Assembly: GCA_028866905.1 (NCBI GenBank) | Contig: JAGWHI010000002.1 | Coordinates: forward strand, 7,219-71,218 | Source: Candidatus Micrarchaeota archaeon | GTDB taxonomy: Archaea > Micrarchaeota > Micrarchaeia > Micrarchaeales > Micrarchaeaceae | Reading direction: 5' to 3' | Length of the DNA stretch: 64,000 nucleotides | Shown here: piece after piece, positions 16,177-23,829 of the stretch | Numbering within the stretch: the first letter of the stretch is position 1 | Layout of the letters: every line of letters starts with the position of its first letter | Position numbers and translations under genes: made by a program | The notes under the pieces: generated by a model | The model's input: the letters and a program-made list of their open reading frames with translations, nothing else | Database searches by the model: none | What the model was told of the DNA's origin: nothing

Positions 16177-17612
16177 TGGCCCTGCCTCCTCTCCATCGGG
16201 AAGAGTATTACCTCCTTTATAGACGCCTTGTCGGTCAGGAGCATGACAAGCCTGTCGATCCCCACGCCTACGCCGCCGGTCGGCGGCATCCCGTGCTCCA
16301 TCGCCTCAACGAAGTCCATGTCTAGCGGCTCCGCCTCCCTGTCGCCCTGCTCCGCCTTCTTTGTCTCGGCTTCGAAGTTCTCCTTCTGTATTATCGGGTT
16401 GTTGAGCTCGGAGTAGGCGTTGGCCAGCTCCATGCCGGCGATGAACAGCTCGAACCTCTCGACCAGCTTGGGCTTGCCCCTCTTCGGCCTTGTCAGCGGC
16501 GATGTCTCCCTTGGGAAGTCTATCACGAAGGTCGGCTGCTCTAGGCCGGGCTGCACTAGCACGTCGAACAGCTTGGCGTATGCGTGCGCCCTGTTCCTCT
16601 TGCCCTTGTCGAACCTTATCCCCTTGTTCTCGGCCAGTATGAAGAGCTGCTCGTCGTCAAGCTTCATTATGTCGGCGTTGTTGCCCAGCCTCTCGTTTAT
16701 CGAGTCGACAAAGCTTATCCTCCTGAATGGCGCCTTCAGGCTTATCTTCCTGCCCTGGTAGGTTATCTCATCGGTGCCGAGCAGCTTCCTGGAGATTTGG
16801 CTTATCATCGACTCGGTCAGGCGCATCATCTGCTTGTAGTCTGCATACGCCTGGTACCACTCTATCATTGTGAATTCTGGGCTGTGGGTAGAGTCTATGT
16901 CCTCGTTCCTGAAGTCCCTGCATATCTCATAGACCTTGTCGAACCCGCCTATGATCAGCCTCTTGAGATAGAGCTCGTCGGATATCCTGAGGTAGTGGCT
17001 CTCGTCGAGAGTGTTGACGTGCGTCCTGAACGGCTCCGCATCGGCGCCCCCGTAGAGCGGCTGTATTATGGGTGTCTCGAACTCTATGAACCCCTTCTTG
17101 TCGAGGAACGACTGGATCAGCCTTATCATCCTAGACTTCCTGACGAAGACCTCCCTTGCTTCCGGATTCATTATCAGGTCGAGGTGCCTCTTCCTGTACC
17201 TGGTCTCTACGTCCTGTATGCCGTGCCACTTGTCTGGAAGACCGCGCATCGCCTTGGAGAGCAGCGCGTACGATGAAACCTTTACGCTTATCTCACCGGG
17301 GTTGGTCTTGAAGACCACGCCCTTGACGCCGATTATGTCGCCGGGGTTAAGCCTCTTCGCCTCGTCGAAGGTGCTCTCCCCTAGGATTGCGTAGTCGAAG
17401 TACGCCTGTATCTTGCCCTTCGAGTCCATGACGTCGGCGAAAAGCAGCTTTCCGGCCTTCCTCACCGCAAGCACACGCCCGGCCACGGATACGTTCTTCC
17501 CCTCAAACCTTGCATAGTCCTCCTTTATCGGAATAGAATAGGCGCTCACCTTGTATGAGTAGGGAAGAGACGAAAGCAGCCTGCGCATATCCTCGTCCGG
17601 CATGGAAGTCAT
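16173..17612 (-). CDS. lysS: lysyl-tRNA synthetase, class II (bacterial/eukaryotic type)
   Basis: OB-fold N-domain. RYRKRHLDLIMNPE, FIEFETPIIQP and YLRISDELYLKRLIIGGFDKVYEICRDFRNED (motif 2), then GMPPTGGVGVGIDRLVMLL (motif 3). Start trimmed to MTSMPDED to avoid overlap with the RelE gene. Confidence 0.9.
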   Translation of the reverse strand: MTSMPDEDMRRLLSSLPYSYKVSAYSIPIKEDYARFEGKNVSVAGRVLAVRKAGKLLFADVMDSKGKIQAYFDYAILGESTFDEAKRLNPGDIIGVKGVVFKTNPGEISVKVSSYALLSKAMRGLPDKWHGIQDVETRYRKRHLDLIMNPEAREVFVRKSRMIRLIQSFLDKKGFIEFETPIIQPLYGGADAEPFRTHVNTLDESHYLRISDELYLKRLIIGGFDKVYEICRDFRNEDIDSTHSPEFTMIEWYQAYADYKQMMRLTESMISQISRKLLGTDEITYQGRKISLKAPFRRISFVDSINERLGNNADIMKLDDEQLFILAENKGIRFDKGKRNRAHAYAKLFDVLVQPGLEQPTFVIDFPRETSPLTRPKRGKPKLVERFELFIAGMELANAYSELNNPIIQKENFEAETKKAEQGDREAEPLDMDFVEAMEHGMPPTGGVGVGIDRLVMLLTDKASIKEVILFPMERRQGH

Positions 17613-17643
17613 ATCAATTGAGAATAAAGGTATTAAAACTCGA

Positions 17644-17901
17644 TTAATCGTATACGTCCTGTCTGTGTTCAAACCTCAGGAGTATCAGGTTAATGCCATC
17701 AACCTTGTAAATAAGCCTGTATGGTTTTATCCTAATCGTAAGCTCCCCTTTAAGCCCATACCTGAGAGGCTTACCTAGCTCTGGATTTTCTACTATAATC
17801 TGCACTTCTTTGTCTATCCTGTTTCGCAGATGCCTATCCTTTATCTTCTTAACATCATGTTCGAACTTCTCGGTAACGACTATTTGTGATATCTTTACCA
17901 T
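17644..17901 (-). CDS. RelE/ParE-family type II toxin
   Basis: 85-aa ORF with GKPLRYGLKGELTIRIKPYRLIYKVDGINLILLRFEHRQDVY, the typical RelE/ParE C-terminal pattern. It overlaps the antitoxin gene by 7 nt and sits in a low-GC islet. Confidence 0.7.
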   Translation of the reverse strand: MVKISQIVVTEKFEHDVKKIKDRHLRNRIDKEVQIIVENPELGKPLRYGLKGELTIRIKPYRLIYKVDGINLILLRFEHRQDVYD

Positions 17902-18170
17902 TTCGACAACTCCCTAGAAAAGGCCTTCTTGGAGTATACCTTGTAACGTCCCTCCTTTATGTCACTCCACGCCTCTTCTACCGCCTCTAGAGTTTTAAGG
18001 TCCTCCTTGCTTAGTTTAGCATTAAGCTTCTTCATTACAATCATCCCGTTCTTCGAAGTGACGACGAACATCGAACCGTTCATTATGCCCAACCTCTTTC
18101 TTATATTGGCGGGTATCACTACCTGTCCTTTTGAACTGGTCCGCGTTATCTGGACCGTTTCTGTTTCCAT
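17895..18170 (-). CDS. AbrB/SpoVT/MazE-fold antitoxin
   Basis: VQITRTSSKGQVVIPANIRKRLGIMNGSMFVV is a swapped-hairpin AbrB-type motif. The gene lies upstream of, and overlaps, the toxin gene. Confidence 0.75.
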   Translation of the reverse strand: METETVQITRTSSKGQVVIPANIRKRLGIMNGSMFVVTSKNGMIVMKKLNAKLSKEDLKTLEAVEEAWSDIKEGRYKVYSKKAFSRELSKW

Positions 18171-18174
18171 ATTA

Positions 18175-18202
18175 GTAAGATATTCTTACATATATAAAAA
18201 TC
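18175..18202 (-). promoter_or_regulatory. TATA-like element plus GTAAGA-tat-TCTTAC palindrome (candidate operator) upstream of the AbrB-antitoxin gene
   Basis: On the minus strand the order is TTTTTATATAT, then the perfect 6-bp inverted repeat, then the ATG at 18170. Confidence 0.4.
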
Positions 18203-18263
18203 TATGCTTTGGTTGGATCTATAGAAAGGCCTGGCAAGACACCCATCATAGATAAGCAGTAGA

Positions 18264-18280
18264 GCCCGGCATGGCCGGGC
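18264..18280 (-). terminator. GC hairpin GCCCGGC-atg-GCCGGGC just downstream of the 18288..18818 gene
   Basis: Perfect 7-bp stem read from the sequence, 8 nt after the stop codon. The following tract is only moderately T-rich. Confidence 0.3.
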
Positions 18281-18287
18281 CCCAGGT

Positions 18288-18818
18288 TCACTGTGGTGGT
18301 GATATAATGAGTGTATTGGTCGCCTTGCCAGCATCATACTTGTAATAGACCTTGTGGCCCAGCTGGTACCTCTCGATGAGGCCCTGCCTGTAAAGCTTGT
18401 TGAGCCGGGCAGAGGCAGCATTCCTGCCCCTGTAGCCCATCTTCTCCCTTATGTCGTCAGCGCACGCCATACCCTTGAGCTGGATGAACTGCACTATCTT
18501 CGCGTCCAGCCCGGATATGGCAAGCTCCCTTGCCTGCTGCTGAGTCTGCATTTCGGGCTCATCCTCTACGTAGTCCAGGTCGCCATGGATCTCGTCATTC
18601 AGCCTTGCCACATTCTCAGTCAAAGACTTGAGCACCATCGTAGTCTTGCGGTTCTCGTCTATGAGGTACTTCACAAGCGAGAATAGCCCGTTGCTAGTGT
18701 CGTCCGCCTTCTCCTTCTCAATCAGCAGCTCGCGCTCCTTCGTGGACTTCTGGTTGAGCACGGTAAGCTCCTGCTTTATGGACAGGAGTTCCTTCTCTAT
18801 GCCCTTTTTGGAGCGCAT
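18288..18818 (-). CDS. coiled-coil protein with C-terminal winged-helix DNA-binding domain (putative regulator)
   Basis: N-terminal heptad-like region KELLSIKQELTVLNQKSTKERELLIEKEK. The C-terminus LDAKIVQFIQLKGMACADDIREKMGYRGRNAASARLNKLYRQGLIERYQ looks like a MarR/TrmB-type wHTH. Start placed at MRSKKG. Confidence 0.5.
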   Translation of the reverse strand: MRSKKGIEKELLSIKQELTVLNQKSTKERELLIEKEKADDTSNGLFSLVKYLIDENRKTTMVLKSLTENVARLNDEIHGDLDYVEDEPEMQTQQQARELAISGLDAKIVQFIQLKGMACADDIREKMGYRGRNAASARLNKLYRQGLIERYQLGHKVYYKYDAGKATNTLIISPPQ

Positions 18819-19009
18819 GTTACCAACCACACACGATTCATTTGCGAAGCAGTCATGGAACAATCATGACTTAATCACGAGTTTTATTGTAAAGGGACAG
18901 ATATTTAAAGCTTTGCGTTTTGCGCATTAGCGGAAGCGGGATGTGGGAATGCAGAGCGCTTGTGTAAGGTATAAAGAATGGAGAGTAGAGGATATAGAAA
19001 ACCGAGGAC

Positions 19010-19687
19010 ATGGCGAACGATACCGTCGAGGAGGGCAAGAGGCTGCACGGCTGGGAGGACACAGTGACAGAGGTTCTCGAGGCCGGAGAGGCGAACAGGG
19101 CGTTCATAGTGCACGGCTGGAACGGCCGTACCGACGAGGGATGGTTCCCATGGCTCAAGGCCCAGCTGACTGCCAGGGGCTTCGCCGTATCCATACCGCC
19201 AATGCCGAACCCCGAGAGGCCTGCAATTACTGAATGGGTAAGGGCGCTCTCCGAGGCGGTCGGCGTACCCGACGAGAGCACCTACCTGGTCGGCCACAGC
19301 CTGGGCTGCCAGGCGATATTGAGGTACCTAGCTGAGCTCAGGGGGCCCGTGAAGATCGGAGGTGCCGTGCTCGTCGCGGGCTGGGCGTTCTCCAGGAAGG
19401 CGCCGTTCTCCGAAGACGAGGAGAAGGAGAGGGAGCTCATGAGCTCCTGGCTAAATACGCCGATTGACTGGCTTGCCGCGGTCTCGCACTGCAACGGCTT
19501 CGCTGGCATACTGTCCGACGACGACCCTTTCGTGCCTTTCGAGGAGACCAGGGACGTGCTCAGGAAGAACCTCGGCGCCGAGATAATAGTGGAGCAGGGC
19601 AGGGGCCACCTGAGCGAGGAGAACCGCGTCTTCGAGCTCCAGAGCGTCCTCGACACCGTGCTGAAGATGGCCGGCATGAGGATATAG
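19010..19687 (+). CDS. alpha/beta-fold serine hydrolase (YdeN/RBBP9-like)
   Basis: FIVHGWNGRTDEGWFPWLK and the nucleophile elbow VGHSLGC, with a later D and H (GRGHL). Confidence 0.7.
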   Translation: MANDTVEEGKRLHGWEDTVTEVLEAGEANRAFIVHGWNGRTDEGWFPWLKAQLTARGFAVSIPPMPNPERPAITEWVRALSEAVGVPDESTYLVGHSLGCQAILRYLAELRGPVKIGGAVLVAGWAFSRKAPFSEDEEKERELMSSWLNTPIDWLAAVSHCNGFAGILSDDDPFVPFEETRDVLRKNLGAEIIVEQGRGHLSEENRVFELQSVLDTVLKMAGMRI

Positions 19688-19760
19688 GGTGCCGGCAGCC
19701 AAAAACAGGGCAAGCTATTTAATAGTGAAAGCCAGATAATTATCGGCGACAAGGATTCCT

Positions 19761-20282
19761 ATGCTGCAACTCTACATACCTGCGGAGCGCATCAAGAGGC
19801 TGAAGGACGACTCCGAATCCATGAGGAAGGTCGAGCGCACCACCAAGTGCAAGCTCTCGATAAGCCCCGACATAATCGACATCGATGGCGAGGCTTACGG
19901 CGAGTTCATCGCGAAGAACGTGCTCTACGCCTACGGCCGCGGCTTCGACATGGACAAGGCCATGCTGCTCTGCAGCGACGACTACTACTTCTCCGTCATA
20001 GACCTGGGCCTGCTCTTCGGCAACGACAAGCGGATACAGCAGGTCAAGGCCAGGGTGATAGGCAAGGAGGGCAGGGCGAAGCGCTACATAGAGAGCGTGA
20101 GCTCCGCGCACATAAGCGTCTACGGCGACACCATCGCGATAATAGGCAAGATCGGCGAGGTCACGGAGGCCGAGACAGCGATAAACTCGATACTGGCAGG
20201 CGGCACGCACAGGGTCGCCTACAGGAGGATGGAATCGGCGCACAGGAAGAACAGCGACAGCGTGAAGGACGCGAGCTTCTGA
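19761..20282 (+). CDS. KH-domain RNA-binding protein (archaeal Dim2/Pno1-like)
   Basis: Two KH-like modules with VIGKEGRAKRYIES (a GXXG loop), plus the size and its position next to informational genes. Confidence 0.65.
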   Translation: MLQLYIPAERIKRLKDDSESMRKVERTTKCKLSISPDIIDIDGEAYGEFIAKNVLYAYGRGFDMDKAMLLCSDDYYFSVIDLGLLFGNDKRIQQVKARVIGKEGRAKRYIESVSSAHISVYGDTIAIIGKIGEVTEAETAINSILAGGTHRVAYRRMESAHRKNSDSVKDASF

Positions 20283-20291
20283 AGTGATTTT

Positions 20292-21914
20292 ATGGCGACC
20301 AGCAAGGCAGACACGATGTTCAAGGAGTTCAAGGAGCACTCCGTGGCGGAGTTCTTCAAGAAGAACAGGCAGATGCTCGGCTACTCCAGCCTGGGAAGGT
20401 CCCTGGTGACAGTGGTGCACGAGTACGTTACCAACTCGCTGGACGCATGCGAGGAGGCGGAGATACTGCCGGACATAACAGTGGCGATAACCAAGGTCGA
20501 CGAGAAGCGCTACAAGGTCAGGGTGCAGGACAACGGGCCAGGCATACCCAAGGCCTACATAGGCAAGGCGCTCGCTACGATACTGGCCGGCACTAAGTTC
20601 CACAGGTACATACAGCAGAGGGGTCAGCAGGGCATAGGCGCGGGCGGATGCGCGTTGTTCTCGCGCGTCACAACGGGCAAGCCCATACACGCGATATCGT
20701 CGACAGGCAACTCCGCGTTCTCGTGCGACGTCTCCATAGAGACCGTGCACAACAAGCCGATAGTGACGAACCAGGAGCAGATAGAGAAGCCGGGCTTCAA
20801 GGGCCTCTCGGTGGAGGGCGAGTTCGCAGACACCAAGTACGAGATGGGGGAGCACAGCGTCTACGAGTACCTCAGGCGAACTGCGCTGACCAACCCCCAC
20901 GCCCAGATCAAGCTCATAGACCCTGATGGCAAGGAGTACCTGTTCGCAAGGGCGGCGGAGAACCTTCCGCCCAAGCCGCAGGCGACGAAGCCGCACCCGC
21001 TGGGGCTTACGGTCAACGACCTCCTGGAGTTCGCGCACCACAGCGAGAGCAGGAAGATATCCAGCTTCCTGATAGAGACGTTCGCCAGGACCACGCAGGG
21101 CAAGGTGGCGGAGCTGAAGGAGGTGCTCAGGGACGTGGACCTCGACAAGGACCCGAAGGAGATGAGCTGGTCCGACGCGGAGAAGATGATAGAGGCGTTC
21201 AAGCAGATAAAGTGGATAGCGCCCGAGGCCATCGCGATAATACCCGTAGGGGAGAAGCAGATAGAGGTTGCGCTGAGGAACATACTCAACCCGGAGCACA
21301 TGAGCGTTGTGGAGAGGAAGCCGAAGGTGTTCAGGGGCGGGGTGCCGTTCGTGGTCGAGGCCGCTGTCGCGTTCGGGGGCAACTCCGGAAGGAAGGACGA
21401 GAACGGGGAAACTGGATACGCCGGCAATATACTCAGGTTCGCGAACAAGGTTCCGCTGCTTTTCGACAGCGGCAACTGCGCGATAACCGCTGCTGTGCGC
21501 GACATACAGTGGAGGAGGTACAACATAGACCTCGATTCCCAGCCGATAAGCATAATGGTGAACGTGTCGTCGGTGCACATACCCTATTCCGGCGTAGGCA
21601 AGGAGTCCATAGCCCAGGAGGCCGAGATAATCGAGGAGGTGAAGCTTGCCGTCATGGACGCGGCCAGGGGAATACAGCGCTACATAGCGAACAAGGAGAG
21701 GATACACCACGAGGCGAACAGGTACAACACGATAATGAGGTACACGAAGCAGCTATCATCCGACATAGCCGACCTCACCGGTGAGAGCGAGGAGAAGGTT
21801 GAGAAGAAGCTGACGAAGCTCGTCGCTGAGCACTTCCCTAAGGCGACCGAGGAGGAGGAGGCGGAAGAGGGCCCAGGCGAAACCAAAGAGGATGCGGAGG
21901 AAGAGGAGGAATAG
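20292..21914 (+). CDS. top6B: DNA topoisomerase VI subunit B
   Basis: FKEHSVAEFFKKNRQMLGY, VHEYVTNSLDACEE (Bergerat N-box), DNGPGIP and GQQGIGAGG motifs. Acidic C-terminal tail. Confidence 0.92.
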   Translation: MATSKADTMFKEFKEHSVAEFFKKNRQMLGYSSLGRSLVTVVHEYVTNSLDACEEAEILPDITVAITKVDEKRYKVRVQDNGPGIPKAYIGKALATILAGTKFHRYIQQRGQQGIGAGGCALFSRVTTGKPIHAISSTGNSAFSCDVSIETVHNKPIVTNQEQIEKPGFKGLSVEGEFADTKYEMGEHSVYEYLRRTALTNPHAQIKLIDPDGKEYLFARAAENLPPKPQATKPHPLGLTVNDLLEFAHHSESRKISSFLIETFARTTQGKVAELKEVLRDVDLDKDPKEMSWSDAEKMIEAFKQIKWIAPEAIAIIPVGEKQIEVALRNILNPEHMSVVERKPKVFRGGVPFVVEAAVAFGGNSGRKDENGETGYAGNILRFANKVPLLFDSGNCAITAAVRDIQWRRYNIDLDSQPISIMVNVSSVHIPYSGVGKESIAQEAEIIEEVKLAVMDAARGIQRYIANKERIHHEANRYNTIMRYTKQLSSDIADLTGESEEKVEKKLTKLVAEHFPKATEEEEAEEGPGETKEDAEEEEE

Positions 21915-22568
21915 CTATACGAGCAGACGGCCCCTGTCTTCGCCGTTGAAGTACCTGTCGGCCAGAATGAACATCTTCAGGTAGTAATTGTCAGCGGTCT
22001 TGATGAAGTCGCCCGTCGTGAAGGTTTTTGTTACCCTTTTCCTTTCTCCGTTCTCCACTATTACGCCATCGGCGCGTATATCGCTGGCCTTGCCGGTCAG
22101 CAGCGCTATGCCGTCGTTGAGATACACCTTGAACACCCCCGACACCTCTTCCACCTGGAAGTCGTAATCCTCTATCGGCTTGCTCAGCTCGAGCAGGTAG
22201 ACCATGCAGAACTCCCTGTTGATAAGGTTGCCGCTTATCGTGGGCTCCACCCTTACGCCGAGCGGAACGAGGTCGCTGAGCTTCGCCTTCACACCCATCT
22301 CCTCGTCGAGCTCCCTTGTGCTTTCCTCGTCCGTCTCCCCGGCAAGTATGTGCCCTCCGGCGGTTATGTCGAGCATGTTGGGGAACCACTCCTTTTCTGG
22401 ACCGCGCAGCTGCAGCACTAGATACCGCTTATCGCCTTCCCTGCCGGCTATCCAGCAATGGAAGGTCTTGTGCCACAGGCCCTTCCTGTGGGCCTCGGAC
22501 CTCGGGGCTACGCCTATGCTCTCGAAATTGTCGTTGAATATCTCAAGCGGCTCTTCCGCGTCAGCCAT
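21915..22568 (-). CDS. NUDIX hydrolase
   Basis: Nudix box GGHILAGETDEESTRELDEEMGV. Start trimmed to MADAEEPL, since the longer ORF overlaps the idi gene. Confidence 0.7.
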   Translation of the reverse strand: MADAEEPLEIFNDNFESIGVAPRSEAHRKGLWHKTFHCWIAGREGDKRYLVLQLRGPEKEWFPNMLDITAGGHILAGETDEESTRELDEEMGVKAKLSDLVPLGVRVEPTISGNLINREFCMVYLLELSKPIEDYDFQVEEVSGVFKVYLNDGIALLTGKASDIRADGVIVENGERKRVTKTFTTGDFIKTADNYYLKMFILADRYFNGEDRGRLLV

Positions 22569-22579
22569 GGGATCGCCGA

Positions 22580-23122
22580 TCAGTAATGCGACTTCCTCTG
22601 CTCCGCGATTATCCTGTCTATCGCGATCCTCAGCCAGCCCGTGTACCTGTCCGGGTGCGCCTTTATGTCGTCCCTTAGGTCCTCTGACTTCATCCACTTG
22701 TAGTCCATGACCTCCTCCGGGTTGGGCTTCGGGAGGCCGTCGAACCTGCCGAACACCACGTGGTCGTACTCGTGCTCCGTCAGGCCGTCGCCAACGTCGA
22801 CCCGGTATATGAAGCTGAAGATATCCTCCAGCTTCGGGACGTCTATCCCCAGCTCCTCCCTCAGCCTCCTGTGCGAGGCCTCTATGATCGATTCGCTCGG
22901 CGTCGGGTGCGAGCAGCACGTGTTGCTCCACTTGCCCTTCGAGTGGTACTTGGTCATGGTGCGCTGCTGCAGCAGCATCTCCCCCTTCGAGTTGAAAAGG
23001 CAGACGGAGAAGGCGCGGTGCAGCCTTGCGCCGTTCTGGTGCGCGGCAAGCTTGCCAGCTACGCCGACCTGGCGGTCGTTCTCGTCGACAAGCACGACCT
23101 CCGAATCGTCGAATGATGGCAT
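22580..23122 (-). CDS. idi: isopentenyl-diphosphate delta-isomerase, type 1
   Basis: LHRAFSVCLFN, WSNTCCSHP, RRLREELGI and TEHEYDHVV blocks of type 1 IDI (Nudix superfamily). Confidence 0.85.
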   Translation of the reverse strand: MPSFDDSEVVLVDENDRQVGVAGKLAAHQNGARLHRAFSVCLFNSKGEMLLQQRTMTKYHSKGKWSNTCCSHPTPSESIIEASHRRLREELGIDVPKLEDIFSFIYRVDVGDGLTEHEYDHVVFGRFDGLPKPNPEEVMDYKWMKSEDLRDDIKAHPDRYTGWLRIAIDRIIAEQRKSHY

Positions 23123-23169
23123 GCTCTTACACCTAATTATGCACGCAAAACATTATAAACAGCAGAGCC

Positions 23170-23829
23170 CTACTTCGTCAGGCTTTTGTACATGTCCTCC
23201 ATGCTCCTGAATATGTGCGTTGGCTTCGAGGCCCTGAGCTTAGCGAACGAATCGAACCCGTCGGCGATTGCGCACGAGTCTATCTTCGCTAGGTCTGCCG
23301 TGATTATGTCGGTGACCATATCGCCGACGTACACGGTCTTCCGCTTGTCCGCCTTTATCGCGGCCATCAGCGAGATAAGCCCGCGCGGGTCCGGCTTGAG
23401 GACCTTGACGTCCCTGGAGCTCATTACGAAGTCGAAGTATTCGTATATGCCGAGTATCTTTAGCTCCCGTATCACGCGCCACCGGCTGCCGTTGGTGAAG
23501 AGGCAGACCCTCTTTCCCCTCTTCTTCAGAAGCTTCAGGATTGCCAGGGCGTCGTTGTGCATCTTTGGCTTGCTGATCAGGAAGAACAGCGCGTCTGCGA
23601 CAACGGTAGGGATGGCCTCAGCGCTCTCCGTGGCGAACACCATGCGCCTGAGGCTGGCGCTCTTCGCAGAAGGCAGCCCGTCGTAATGGTTAGGGCGCCC
23701 CACGAGCCTGTATTTTATCTGCTTCGCCACCTCGCCAAGGGACATCAGCCATCGCATGCTGTTGAGCGTGCCGTCCCAGTCGAAGATGAAGGTGTCGTAG
23801 CCGGATATTCCCCTGTCCATCAGCCCCAC
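23170..23829 (-). CDS. HAD-superfamily hydrolase
   Basis: FIFDWDGTLN (DxDxT motif I), LFTNGS (motif II) and VYVGDMVTDI (motif IV). Confidence 0.75.
   Translation of the reverse strand: MGLMDRGISGYDTFIFDWDGTLNSMRWLMSLGEVAKQIKYRLVGRPNHYDGLPSAKSASLRRMVFATESAEAIPTVVADALFFLISKPKMHNDALAILKLLKKRGKRVCLFTNGSRWRVIRELKILGIYEYFDFVMSSRDVKVLKPDPRGLISLMAAIKADKRKTVYVGDMVTDIITADLAKIDSCAIADGFDSFAKLRASKPTHIFRSMEDMYKSLTK

Noticed and set aside
19740-21710. 656-aa ORF on the minus strand covering the KH and top6B genes
   Set aside because: It is antisense to two genes with clear family motifs. Its translation is Arg/Leu/His/Val-rich with no motif, which is typical of a shadow ORF in GC-rich DNA.
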